Shown here: positions 35,995 through 48,724 of the stretch, piece after piece
Layout of the letters: every line of letters begins with the position of its first letter
How positions within the stretch are numbered: position 1 is the stretch's first letter
Origin: Podarcis melisellensis
Lineage: Eukaryota
Strand: one strand, 5' to 3'
Length of the DNA: 64,000 bases
Assembly: GCA_964234715.1 (NCBI GenBank)
Contig: OZ174276.1
The notes under the pieces: generated by a model
Seen by the model: the letters and a program-made list of their open reading frames with translations, nothing else
The model's database searches: none
What the model was told of the DNA's origin: nothing
Position numbers and translations under genes: made by a program

Positions 35995-36168
35995 GCACTC
36001 GTCATGATGTCCCGTTGTGCCAGAAGCAGTTTAGTCATGTTGGCCGCATGACCCGGAAAGCTGTCTGTGGACAAACATCAGCCATCTCGACCTGAAGCGA
36101 GATGAGTGCCGCACCCCATAGTTGCCTTTCACTGGACTTAACCGTCCAGGGGTCCTTTACCTTTTACC
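35995..36168 (+). mobile_element. 5'-truncated Sauria-type SINE
   Basis: TGACCCGGAAAGCTGTC...GAGATGAG...CAGGGGTCCTTTACCTTTTACC, homologous to the 3' half of 15968-16329. Confidence 0.75.
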
Positions 36169-37173
36169 ATCCCTAATAGTCCAAAATTAACTTACATATT
36201 CATTACGCACCATTCTTCTTAAGGTGTGTATAAAAGCGCCCCCATGTGGTAAAATCACCATTTTTTAGTCCTGAAACCCCTGGTTTATACCCTTCTTTCA
36301 CCACAGGAGGGCACCTTTGTCTTATCATTAACCACAGTGCCAAATGTGTGAACTCACCCTGTGACAATACAAAATTAAGCATATACCATCACCTGCTCTA
36401 AGCCCTTCGGATAAAACTGCACAGTACACAAATGTCTGCCACCAAGCTCTCCACAGTTTAGTTTAAATTTTCCCTTTAAGCTGCTGTTCTTACAGTGGCC
36501 AAAATTATGCCAGGGGGAAGCCTGCAAGGAGCAGAAGAAAGCAATATAAGGGCATCCAAAGAAAACCACATAACATGGAGTGAAATAGCCAAGCTTGGCA
36601 GATTGAAAGAAACCTTTTGCATCAATAAAATCAGCTGTTTTGCTACAACCACCTAGGTAGCCTCGTTAACAGCAGCTGCACTTAAGAGACAATTTTTCAG
36701 AGTTCAAGAGGCTTAAATAGACAGAAATCCATCATTAAAAATTGGGGTTGCCTTAGTAAAAATCCAGCTTCTCTGACAAAAAGGACTTTGAAAGCTTAAT
36801 GAATGTCCCTTGGGAATGGACTCCGCCGTCTCTTAGCAAACACAACAGCAATCGAGAACTCACACTGCTGCCAAGTTTGGTGTTTCTAAACTGCCTATAC
36901 ATCAAGCTAATGGGTCAGCATAAAACATTTACGTTTTACCAAGAGAAAGCAAGAAGTTGTTGAGTCATTCTGCCCCGGCCCCACCTCTACTCAGCACAAA
37001 AGTGGTTGTTTTGTAGAGAGATTATTCCTAAAGAATGAGAGCTGATGGTTCCATTTTCTACTAATGCTCCATATTTAGTAAGCCACAACAGAAGAGGAAA
37101 TAACTCTACTTCAGCTAAGGACATGAATCAGACTATGGAAATTGGACAGTGACATCATGGACCAGAAACAACC

Positions 37174-37176
<3 letters not shown>

Positions 37177-37217
<41 letters not shown>
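37177..37217. repeat. (CAT)n microsatellite
   Basis: About 13 CAT units; source of the poly-Asp in ORF 37155-37433. Confidence 0.95.
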
Positions 37218-37218
<1 letters not shown>

Positions 37219-37792
37219 ATGTTACAACAATTAAAACACAATATTAAACAACTAGTTGCTCTAGCAGGTACTAGCACAACGAGTACTGCTAGAGCAATGG
37301 GGACTGCCCCACTCTCCTCCACCCATGCCCCCCATAAATTGGCTTGGTAGGGCAGTTGGGAGACACCCAGAACAGGGCACAGAAGGAGAAGAGCGGGAGA
37401 TCCGTTACACCAGGGAAGCTGAAATGCTTGCACTAATGGAGCAATCGCTTCAGCACTACTTTGAATACCACCCTATGACTTTGACCAAGAGTCACTCTTG
37501 CAATTCCTGCATTTCTATCAAACTAATGGGGAAAGACAAAACCTGCCAGCTGAATGGCAGCACAATCTGCACTCCAGTCAGATAGCCAGTCTCTCTCATG
37601 CCAAGGATGTACAGTTAGAAAAGGCAAGTTCTGAACCAGCTCTTCTGTTAATACCTTATAAGCAAAAGACGTCTGGCAGCACCAAACCCAATTATAATCA
37701 GTGGCTGGTATGTCAATTTAGCAGTACAGGGCAATTTACACTGCAGCTCCTCATACAGACCCAGTAGCGGACAGTGGGGTAGCAGCACTTAC

Positions 37793-37825
37793 CTGACCTC
37801 CATTTGGTTGTGTCATGACTGCTTA
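37793..37825 (-). other. Candidate 33-nt poison cassette exon of RNF123
   Basis: Pyrimidine tract ctacctcactgtcacctcacccctccatctcccag| and donor CAG|GTAAGT; in-frame TGA after splicing to the 46187 exon end. Confidence 0.45.
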
Positions 37826-38774
37826 CTGGGAGATGGAGGGGTGAGGTGACAGTGAGGTAGGCACAGTGCAAATGCACCAGGCAGGAGCACCAGATAACTC
37901 TGAGTTTGAACCGTGCCAACCTTGCCACTACCTTCTCCTTCCCCTCTACCTCTTAGTAAGGAACAGCGACACAAACAAGGTTAGGTGAGCACCACCATGT
38001 CATCTGCTACTGTATAGACCCCTGTCAGTGATACTCTATTGATTAGCAATCGCATGCGGCACCAGAGTTAAGTGATGGCTGACCCACATTAACAGCACTT
38101 AGTCGCCAAGACAGACAAATCCATATAACGGATCAGTCCTGCTCTACCAGGTTGTTCTTTGACTGAATTGTACATCTGACATGTCTAGAAAGGGAGTTAT
38201 TAATTTCACCAGGTGTGAGGCAAAGGAGAACTACCAAATGCCAGATTAATGCAATGAGATTGTAATTAATTAGTGTTCTGAACACTTTGAATCTTCAAAG
38301 GTTTTAGCAAACATTTGTTAATCCCCAGCACCAGGAGAGAAACAAAGCTTCTGTGATCACAGGATCACCCCAGGACAAAAAGGGCAGCCTCGTCCTTATC
38401 AGGAGGAACAGCCCATGCACAGAGAATATATGCTACAATGCTGGAAGCAGACTAGCTTTAAAAGCCTAATTATAAGGGTAGAAAGCGGCTGAAGGTCGCC
38501 AACTACCAACATTTACATTGATATATTCTGCTTTTCCTGATTTCCCCTGAAACTGGAATTTCCCATTTCTCAAAGTTCTATAAGCTTCACCCCCCAATCC
38601 AGCATGTTGAGCAAGTTAAAACAAGCTCTTCATTTGACATTTATGTACTAAATGAAACCCTGCCCCATCCTGCTCCCTGAGTAGACCTCGCTATCCAGTA
38701 ACTCTAGAGCACCTCAGTCCCTTTTAGAACCAATTAACCCTGAGCACTCGGTTAAAGATCTACTCTCAAGGCTG

Positions 38775-39130
38775 TAGAGATGCAGAACTGGTGTCTGTAC
38801 CTAGTAATGGCTTGGATGGGGGCCAATAAACTGAAGCCAAATCTTGACCAGATGACAGAACTATGGATATCCGTTCCTGGGTCCAGGAAATTTGGTGTAT
38901 TACCTGCTCCAGGTGAGGTTACACTCCCTCTAAAGGAGCAAGTATATAGCCTAGCAGTTTTCCTTGATCCAACATTGCCAATAAGGGCAAATGTGGCCCA
39001 GAACACCTTTTAGCAGTTTAATTTGGTGCATCAGTTGTGGCATTTCCCAGGTTACAGATAGTCAGGCCACATTGATATATGTGCTGGTCACCTCCAAACT
39101 GGATTAATGTCATGTGAGTCTGCCTTTGGC
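38775..39130 (+). mobile_element. L2-type LINE RT fragment
   Basis: WMGANKLKPNLDQMTE...LPLKEQVYSLAVFLDPTL resembles the L2 ORF2 motif WMxxNxLKLNPxKTE. Confidence 0.7.
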
Positions 39131-39200
39131 ACTGAGGAGTCAATGCTTCTCACAAACTGTAATCCTTGTATGTATCTATTACCACACAATAATCATAACA

Positions 39201-39201
<1 letters not shown>

Positions 39202-39237
<36 letters not shown>
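39202..39237. repeat. (TTA)n microsatellite, probably the tail of a reverse-oriented LINE 3' end extending to about 39385
   Basis: About 11 units, followed by sequence similar to 18306-18420. Confidence 0.8.
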
Positions 39238-39884
39238 TCTATACCTTCATCTGAATATCACAGGGAGGTTTACAATATAATAACACAAACATACATACCA
39301 CAAAACCATAACAACAAACAAAAACAATAACCCCACATAGTTTAAAAGGCCATAAATTGCTTAATTAGCCAAAGGCCCAGGAAAATGTACTCTTTGTCAA
39401 TAAATGTTAATATACACTGAAGATATGCAGTGGATGGAATTTCTGGACTCCTCAAGCTAGTGACGGAGCAGAGAACGTCTAAGCATTGATTCAGAACACC
39501 ATATTGATATTTTTTATGAATAGCATAAAGCAAATATTTTTATAAATAATATAGTCAGATATTATAAGGGCTAAATGGTCTCCTATGCACAAACTTAGGA
39601 AGAAAAAAACTAAACAGATTACCAGTTTAGAACTAATCACACTGTGCACAAATGTGAGCTTTGCAGTTGAGCCATTTTCCTCCATATTTTTAGCCATAGG
39701 CTAAAGTGTCTGATGTTCTCTGAAAGGTACAGCTTATGAATACATATTTATTCAGAGAACATTTCAGATGTTTTCAGAGTAATAACTATGAATGGCACAC
39801 AAAGTCAAAACATGAAGATTATTTTCCTCTGTTCTTCAAAATATGAGAGCTCATCATAGGTGCTTCATTTGGCAGAATTACGAT

Positions 39885-40263
39885 TAGCTGGGAATGTTTA
39901 GTCTGGGGAAAAAGGACACTGAGAGGAGATATGAGAACCATCTTCAAATATCTGAGGGGCTGTCACAGGGAAGATGGAGCAAGCTTATTTTCTCCTGCTC
40001 TGAAAGGTAGGACTCGAACCAATGGCTTCAAGTTACATGAAAGGAGATTCCGACTAAACATCAGGAAGAACTTTCTGACAGTAAGAGATGTTCGACATTG
40101 GAATGGTCTCCCTCATAAGGCTGTGGACTCTCCTTCATTGGAGGCTTTAAAGCAGAGATTGGATGGCCATCTGTCATGGATGCTTTATCTGAGATTCCTG
40201 CATTGCAGGGGGTTGGACTAGATGACCCTTCAGGTCCCTTCCAACTCTACAGTTCTATGATTC
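39885..40263 (+). mobile_element. CR1 LINE 3' end (5'-truncated)
   Basis: ORF2 C-terminus (IFKYLRG...RTRTNGFKL...RFRLNIRKNFLTVR...WNGLP...VDSPSLE) and 3' UTR GGTCCCTTCCAAC...TTCTATGATTC. Confidence 0.92.
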
Positions 40264-40875
40264 CTTGCCCTTCTGACTGCATAAAGCAGCTCACACCCTA
40301 CTCCTTCCCATAACAAAGCTCTTCTCCTTGTATAATTTACAATTCTCACCCACTGCTGAGCATTCCTATTTAAATTGGGGAAGTCTAATGATTATTGCCA
40401 TCTGTCCAACAGCAACACTTTCCCCCAACTTTAGATATTTGAACTGAAATGGGAGCCATGTGATGCCCATCTCAAGATGCATTACATTGCTCCTGCAGCT
40501 TTGTAATCACACTGGGGTATGTGCTGACAACAGCACGGGCCAGTTAAGACAAGAACTCAATAGCTGGTGACTGATCACAGCCATGGCAACCAGCAAATCG
40601 GTAGGATGCACACTCACATCCCTGCCTGAGACTATCATGCTGACATATTAGCTGTGTGTTTTTTCCAAGAGGACAATCTGCCAGTGGGACAGAACATCTG
40701 TCAAGTGCAACTCAAGATGCAGAGAATGAGGCATGTGGAGGGTGCCAGTTTCCATTGCCCTTATCCAAGGCGCAACTGAAGACCCATGGGACTCTCTTCA
40801 ATGTTAGCACAAGCAGATCAAAAGAAACTGATTCTCCAAGCAAAGGCTATGCTTTGTATTGTGGTCTATTGCCTA

Positions 40876-40928
40876 GTGGAGGTGGAGGTTAGGGTTAGGG
40901 TTAGGGTTAGGGTGGAGGTTAGGGTGGA
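40876..40928 (+). repeat. Short interstitial telomere-like array, (TTAGGG)4 with TGGAGG variants
   Basis: TTAGGG x4 at 40889-40912 and another at 40919-40924, in hexamer register with GTGGAG units. Confidence 0.85.
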
Positions 40929-41810
40929 ATCAAAACTCCTATTAGGCATGCATGGCTCAGGCCTTAGGGCATGCCTAAAGCAGCTCTTTGAATCCCAGGT
41001 CATTATGTATTTCTAACCAGGGTTCTATAAGTCCACTCACGAGAGGACATGCTCCCTTGCCCTATACTACATGCCCAGAACAAAGATCCTATTCCTGCTG
41101 GGTTTTTGCAGGAGGTAGCAGTAGTGAGGTGCTACTGGTGCTTCCTGCAAAAGCCCAGCATGAGAGAAGCAGCACCCTTCCTTCTTCCAAGGACAACTCA
41201 AGGGAAGAAAGTTGGAGCAGCTTCTCTCCCTTCTTGCTAGGCTTCTGAAGGAGGGTGGCAAGTGAGGAGAAGCACCCTGAAGCGAATGATCCCCTTTGCA
41301 AACCCCTACATGGGAGATCCCCACTTCTCAATTCTGTATGCCTGCTTTAGACATTATTAAGGCCTTTCAGTATAGTTGTCATGGTCTGGAAATCATAGGA
41401 ATTTATAGTAATATAACTGAGCTCATTGAAAGGGATGGCATGTAATTGTCACCAGCCCAGTTTTCCAGCCAGCCCCAGTTAAACAAACATTCTGATAAGT
41501 TTAAATGCCTCCCAAGCCAGAAAGAGTTTGGTGAGCCACTGATTGCTCACACCCCTGGCCCAAGGTCTCTCCCAGTGTGCCTTCTTGTTCTCCATATACC
41601 AATCTTGAAAAAGTGATGTCTAGAAGTGGTTAACACACTTGTATAGAAACAAGATCATTCGGAATACCACATCTCATTCTGGCACACATACCTCCAGAAT
41701 AGATTCCAAAATAATTATCAAATAAACAGCAATTATCAGACTTCACTGGAAGGAAATCAGTACCATGACAGTTAAACTGGCTTAAAGCAGTTTCACTTTG
41801 TAGTGTAGAT

Positions 41811-41946
41811 CAGGGTTTCCCAAACTTGGGTCTCCAGCTGTTTTTGGACTACAATTCCTATCATCCCCAACCACTGGTTCTGCTAGCTAGGGATGATGTG
41901 AGTTGTAGTCCAAAAACAGCTGGAGACCAAAGTTTGGTAAACCCTG
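41811..41946. mobile_element. Complete palindromic hAT MITE (136 bp)
   Basis: Long TIRs CAGGGTTTCCCAAACTT...AAGTTTGGTAAACCCTG; 8-bp TSD gtgtagat/gtgtagaa (7/8 match). Confidence 0.88.
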
Positions 41947-44900
41947 GTGTAGAAGAACCTTTAACAATCTTTAGTGTAAGTTTGTTAAAGAGCACAGTGT
42001 ATGCTGCAGTTCAGCCTAATACTCGGGGCTGCTTAAATGATATCCATTTAGCGACTAAATGTTCACAGTGCCCCCTTCTGGTATGACAGTAAGTCAGCAA
42101 CTGGAGTTCTTAAAGGCACCCAGACCTTTTCCATCTAAACCAAAGCAGCTCAGCCTTCCATAGGAAAGTAACTAGTTGGCACTATGCCTGGCATTGCAGA
42201 GGAATGGCTGCCATTTTATAGGTAAGCATCAATGGGACTTCTAACCAAATGTACCATTAGTGCACGGCAGGTACAGGTCTGCTATGAGGATTTCTACCAG
42301 GGAGATCTACAGCAAGTAAACTGAAGAAAAAGTAATGTAAGTAATCAATTGGTGTGATGCAAGTCTCCCCTCTTCAGATGATCTTTGCAAATCAGCTGAG
42401 GGAGGGATAATTTGCATCAACAGGAGGCTGCTAAACTGGAAGAAGAGGTTTAAAGCCTAGCATCATGCTTTTTTCTTTCTTTTTCCTGTCACTGCTAAAA
42501 TTGTTGGGGGCTTGGGGGGTCAGAAAAAATTGCAGCCATCCCTGTTATAGACTCTGTTAATTGCCCTAGCCCTTGAAAACTCTTGATTCACCCATGCATT
42601 TCTGCAAAAGCATCTCCATTATGATTTCATAGCAATTACAGCTATGAAAATACTATTGTTCAAGTCACGGAGTTAAGAGATAAAGACCCTTGATTCACGC
42701 TCCCTCCATAGTCTTCCAACAGAACAAAACCCGATCCCTCTTCAATGAAAGCCAGCAGCAAGAAGCTACAGATCACAGAGACGGTAATTAGCCCCATTCC
42801 CATCCACTGTTCATGCCTCAGAAACAATTTAGAAGTTATATGATACAACAAAAGTCCAAGGGAGGCCTCTATAATGAGCTGCAATCACTGCTGCGAAAAG
42901 GACCATATTTCACTACAATTAACAAACAAATATCTGTTGGAGATTATTAAGCAATGTTCTGTTTTCACTTGGAAAATGCAGCCTACTCTGTCCTCAGGCT
43001 GTTGATTTACTCCTGTTAAATTGAAATTTGTCCAGGAATTTGCTGTAGATCTCATATGCCACGTTAAAAATGCTTAATAGTAATATATCATCATTAGTCT
43101 GTTCCTATCAATGAAAGTGCAATACGACCTTTCCTCAAAAAGCAATGTGTTATTGAGGGCACTATAGATGAGGACAACATGGGCAAAAGAAAAGAAACAG
43201 CTAGTCTGCCCCACAGAACAGGAAGCAAATGGGCTGTGGAAACAGGGACAGAGAGGGTTACTGGCTGTCAGCATATCAGCTGGGCTGTAAAGGAACTAGT
43301 GTAGAAGCTAGATAGTGTACAGGATCAATGATGAAAGGAGATCAGTCTGGCAAGAAGGGAAACGAGATGCTGTGGTAGATCCAGAATCCCTGCTGAGGCT
43401 GCTGTGGCTGATATACAGGTAAGGGACGGAGGGAGCTTGTTACCCCAATTTGGGTGGGATGGGATTGGCCTCTATAGGGTTTCCCACAACCAGATTAAAA
43501 AAAATAAAAATTCACTTTAATATGGTGTGCTTGGCACATTTATATTTAGGGCTATGTGGCTTTGACCACAGGAGGGAGGATATAATTAGGTTGATTTGTG
43601 TCTATCTGGAAGGCCTTGGTGGGGGGTGGAGAGAATCAGAAATAGCCTGCTTATAGAACTAAAATGCCTAGCCACATGGAGCTCAGCTGTCTGCAAAACA
43701 AGGACAACATTTTGAAAAAATAAGACATGCCAAATGAGAAATTGAAACGTGACACAACAGTTTCATATGGACTGCATTTCGGTGAGAAGGATTAAACTAG
43801 GACATCAGGCAAGATAAAAGCAATCTGAATAGAGTTGCCACACTGGATGGCTGGTTACCTATTTAATTTTTTGAATCTAAAAGATTGTCAAATATTCCAA
43901 GTAGCCGTGATACTGGTGCTGCTACTTGAAGAACTAACCTGCTAATCTAGCATGTGCCTTTAAAACTGCCATTTGTTATTAAATAGTTGTTACTTTGCTT
44001 TACTTTTGCTTTATTTCCTTTATAACAAAAAATGCAACTGCAGACTGGCCCTGCTGTTCCAGGATAAAAGCCAATGAGGAGAACTGCTCAGTAAATCATT
44101 CACTTTTATAGAAACCTTATGTAACAATGTTAAAAGCTTTAATTCAAAGCAATGCTTTAAAAAAGGTAATTTCATTCTTTCACAGTTAACAGTTATCTAA
44201 CTTGTTTTTGCAGTTAACGTAAGTATCAACTCACTTGAGAATATCTGTTTTCCTTATACAGTCTTGACTGATCAAATGGGCCAAATCTTTTTGACCTGTC
44301 AAATGCCTATCCCTAGACCTGAATGCAATTAAGGCTCATTTTAGAAGGAGGCTATGCACATATTTCTCGATGATCATCATGGGTATTTGCACGTGTTTCA
44401 CAGGGGAGTGAATGCACCCTTCTTTTTAAAACACCCCTCTGGACCTTTTTCAGGAGCTTGATGTTCCCATTTTCCTCCTGAAGTTGGAAACGTCAGGAAG
44501 TAAAATATGTCCTTTCCCCAGTGAGGCAGAGGGGTGAGAGGAAGTGCTGAAAGCTGTTTTTAATGCTACTTTAAGATCCACAGTAGACATCAAAAAGAGT
44601 GGAATTAAATGCAAAAAGTATTTATTGACTGCCTGCATTTGAGAAGTTGTTTACCTCATTCAGATGATTGTATCAAAACTTAATCAGCCGAGATATGAAC
44701 AAACCTTATGCCAGCCAAACCACTTCTTCCTGTCTTAGCATGTTGCAATTAACCCCAGAGGTCTTCAATTCCACATAATTTCCTGCTATGTCTGAACCAT
44801 GAAACTATGACAATCAGGATCAGAACAACCAGGTTCTTAAACCACCTTCCAACTATGGTTTAATATCCTGGCCTGCCCCCCCCCCCGTCCTGGTAACCAC

Positions 44901-45768
44901 AGGGCAGGGTTCAACTAATGTACCCTGCTTGTTAGGAGACATGATTTTTTTCTAGGCTGGAAATCAGAAGAGTAGCTACTATCAGTACCTAATTCATAAT
45001 GGAAAGGCTAGTTTTGTTTTTTTTCAAAAAACACAACAGGATGGAAGAAGAGATTATCAGATGACAAGCGAGTGTCAACCCACTGTCTCTAAAAGTCCTG
45101 AGTGCTGTGGAAGGGACTTGTCCATCACGTCTGTCTGAGTACCATAACAAGGGCAATGAAGGCAAAGCAAGAATGCCATCAGCCACACTGAAGTAGATCT
45201 GGAGGGGCATGTCAGCAGCCACCTTTCCTTGGGACTTGGCTTATTTTCCACTGTCATACACTACTGCAGCTAGACATATTCACTGTTTAACACAACCAAA
45301 CACAGCATGTCTTTACAGTTTTATCTGTCTAAACGATCTGCTGCTCAGTTTAGGAAGGTAACTGCATATGTAGAAAGAGTATTCTTTTGCTACAGCATGA
45401 TGTGAGTGGTGCCTATGCATAAGGGTAAAAGAAATGGCCTGCTTTCCTATGGACAGGACCATTCCCAGATCTAAATCCCAAAGCTTGTTCTTTTTAGAAA
45501 AAGAAGAACAAGAAGATGAAGAGAAACATACAGACATAGGACAGATCTCCCTTTAAAGTTACTGTAAGAATAGAGTAGAACTAAAGATCATCTTGTCCAA
45601 CTGTCCACCCCCTAAGCAGAATCTGCCGTCAACCCACACCACACAACAACCAAGGAACAGAATATAGTGTAGCTTGCATGAACTACATAGCCGTGTAAGC
45701 AGAGAACAGAAGCAAGCAGAGAACAAAAGCAGACAAAGTATCCCACACCAGAATATTTACACCAGAGA

Positions 45769-45886
45769 GTGGCTAATACTCTAGATGTTGTTGGACTCCA
45801 ACTCCCATCAGCCTCAGCCAACAAGGCTCAGGGATGATGCAAGTTGTAGTCCAACAACATCTGGAGGGCACCACATTGGCTACCTC
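45769..45886. mobile_element. Palindromic hAT-type MITE
   Basis: Inverted arms AGATGTTGTTGGACT ... AGTCCAACAACATCT. Confidence 0.7.
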
Positions 45887-46186
45887 TTTAAATAATTCAA
45901 TGGAAGGTTTAAATTGACAGGATGTCTCCCCCTTTTTTCTTTTAAATAGCTCTCAAGTACACTATAGTCGCAGCACAAAGCACCCAGAGACCAACGTACA
46001 GGACAGAATTATTTGGGGATTTAATATCCTGCAACCAGACTGAGCACATGAAAAGAGGGAGCAAAGACAAAGACTGTATCATTACCCTAATACACAATGC
46101 TGCCAGGCTGCTCATTTCAGAACAGTAAACTAGAACATAAGCAATGAAATCTTCACCCCCATGTAGTGGAATTAAGCAGCACTTAC

Positions 46187-46271
46187 CCTTGGAAGTCAGT
46201 ATCAACAAGCAGCCGGACCAGAATTCCTGTCACAGCCACAAGGATTGGGTAGTGATCTACGCTCTCCAGTC
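46187..46271 (-). CDS. RNF123: RNF123 exon preceding the AMIGO3-containing intron
   Basis: ccctag|(G)[29 protein letters not shown]|gtaagt; 85 bp, phase fits the exon starting at 17013. Confidence 0.94.
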
Positions 46272-48179
46272 CTAGGGAAGAAAGCAGGTATTTCAAATTA
46301 CAATCAGTTCTATGAAAAGTCAGCTTGTTGACTTCCCCTGAGCACCCCTTTTTTCTTCTTAACTATAGCAGAGGACAAATTAGCATAGCACTGCACTGAG
46401 GAACACCACCAGCCTAAGTTTTCAAGAGACCAGGACATAAATGTTTGTATTCATTCACTTAAATATTTGTACTACTACATCCAGCAGCTTCCTCAGGTCT
46501 TTGCTAGAGCACCATAAGATCAAATGATTCCTCCTCCACCACCACTCCCAGTATGGACAACCCTGGACAAAACAGAATGAACCTTCTTGGCAAACAGGAA
46601 ATCTTAGAGGTAAGTGACAAACACTAGAGAAAGCACTTGCTCATCTCTGCTAATGCCACTGTCTGGTTTTCTATTAGAAGGGCACTTAAAAGGATTGTGC
46701 AAAAAAATTGGAATGGTGCTAAGCCCTTCAGTAGTGGCCCAGCATTCCTCCACCTTCCTGTCAGCATACAATCCGAGTCACCCAAACACAGAGTGTTTCT
46801 CAAGCACATAACCTTGAAAACGGCACTTGAAGACAGGTCTGAAGAAGTGCTGAGTGATTATTCCAATTTTCTCCTGCTTATAGGTGAGCATGAAAGTAGC
46901 CAATGCTTTGAAATGTGGAAGACTTGGTGGTGGTGGTCACACATGCCAATATGCCCCATGTTTCCAACAGGGCAGAGGTGCTCGAGCTGGGATAATGGGG
47001 GCATGACTAAAGAAATGCTCAAAATTTTAAGGGAAGCAGAGGGAGGTAAAACAAGCTTGTCCAAATTTAAAATTAGGCACACTTCAGAGACAACTTTCTT
47101 CAGGATGACAGCTATTCATATGGTCCTTTACTCCACATGCTTACGACCATAGCTATTCCAGAATGCTCTTTCTATCACACTACTTACGTCACACAGATGC
47201 CAAATAAATAAATCCATCAAAGAACAGGAAAGTGTAAAAATGTGTGGCAGTGTGTGGATCTTTTTAAGCTGTCTTCATTCACAATCTCAGTTTTCAATGA
47301 GGGTTGAGCCCTTGTTCCCCAAGAAGGAACACAAGGGCACACTGACTCAGCAATATTGTTTACTTCCTAATACTGATCAGTATGACATAGATCTGCAGCA
47401 GTGTGTGCCACAGCAGTTATTTAACAATGCTGTGTGAAGGAAAAGGGTCCATGCTCTGCGGGAGGGTGGGAGGACAGGCAGAGAGTGCACACACTGCTAA
47501 CACATGCTGTCCTTTTCTCATCATAAGACACCAGAATAAACAGCCAAAATGAAGTGCTAAAGATAATGGAGCTATAGCGTAAGTGGAATCTAGTCAGCAC
47601 TTTTGCAGTTAAATGCAGCTCCCGCTCATTCACCGGTATCACTCTCTGACAGCTTTTAGTGCGGAAGCAGGACGTCTTGCCTCCCTAAAGATTACTTTGC
47701 AATTTAACAAGCTCTGTACAAGAATGGATTCCTTCACCCTGAGTAGGTGGGCACACAGCCATCACTTAATGACTGCTTACTGTTTAGAGCCAAAAGATCC
47801 CATTTCCCATCATTGCAAGTTTTATGCATTTCTGTAAGCAGCGAATGCCTAGACCACATGGGGCTTCCTTTTGGGATTGGATGCCATCTTTCATTCTCAC
47901 GTGTGCTCTGCTGGGCTCCTACCTACCTGAAGAGCGGATGGGAGGGAGCAGTGGCATCAATGGAAGTTGCACTGACACCATAATCAGAGATAAAAGGTCA
48001 GCACAGAATTCTCCCCACAGACATTTCCTTTTTTCCCCTTTTTAATATTTTAAATTTTATTAATTTTATTGAGTACAAATTATCTTGTTGTTCAAAGGAC
48101 TGGAAGTGGGTGAAGCCCCTGTGCAGACACAATGAATGTCCACAACCATTGGAAACATTCATGTGAGTTTGTAGAAAGA

Positions 48180-48348
48180 CAGTGGCGTAGCGGGGGGGGG
48201 GTGCGGGGGGGCGGCCGCACCGGGCGCAGCATCTGGGGGTTAGGGTTAGGGGGCGCAAATCCACGGGTTAGGGGGCGCAAATCCACGGGTTAGGGGGCAC
48301 AAATTACTTGCCTTGCCCCGGGTGCTGACAACCCACGCTACACCACTG
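48180..48348. mobile_element. GC-rich MITE with 13-bp TIRs and an internal 22-bp TTAGGG-containing tandem repeat
   Basis: CAGTGGCGTAGCG ... CGCTACACCACTG (12/13 match); unit TTAGGGGGCGCAAATCCACGGG x about 2.7. Confidence 0.8.
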
Positions 48349-48397
48349 GAAGGAGAGAGCACTATTTCCCAGGAATGACGGGAGAATTTAGATCACG

Positions 48398-48602
48398 TAA
48401 GAATGTAGGAAGCTGCCTCACACCAGGTCAGAGTTTTTGTCTTTCTTACCTAGCTTTGCCTACTCTTTAGTGGTAGTGGCTCTGCAAGGTCTCAGACAGC
48501 TTTCCCATCACCTTTGAGCTCCTTTGAATTAGAGCTGCCAGGGATTGAACCTGGAACCTTCTGCATGCAAAGCACATCCTCTACCACTGAGCTATGGTCC
48601 CT
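48398..48602 (-). mobile_element. tRNA-derived short SINE (Squam3-like)
   Basis: Minus strand head AGGGACCATAGCTCAGTGGTAGAG (A box) ... GGTTCAATCCC (B box). Confidence 0.75.
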
Positions 48603-48648
48603 CTCCCAAAGCAGGACTGACTGCAAGGTGGCTGGGAAGGAAGCTCAC

Positions 48649-48724
48649 CTGGCAGACGAAGATTGACCACTCTGTCAAACAAGTTCCGCTCAGCTGTCAC
48701 CCGATTCAGCACCTGATTTAGCAG
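48649..48724 (-). CDS. RNF123: RNF123 exon
   Basis: ccacag|[26 protein letters not shown]|gtgagc; 76 bp. Confidence 0.95.

Noticed and set aside
37155-37433. ORF with poly-Asp tract
   Set aside because: Produced by the (CAT)n microsatellite.
46637-47152. 171-aa plus-strand ORF (also 48753-49196 and 20593-21036)
   Set aside because: No recognisable domain or gene signals; lengths are compatible with chance in 64 kb of intron.
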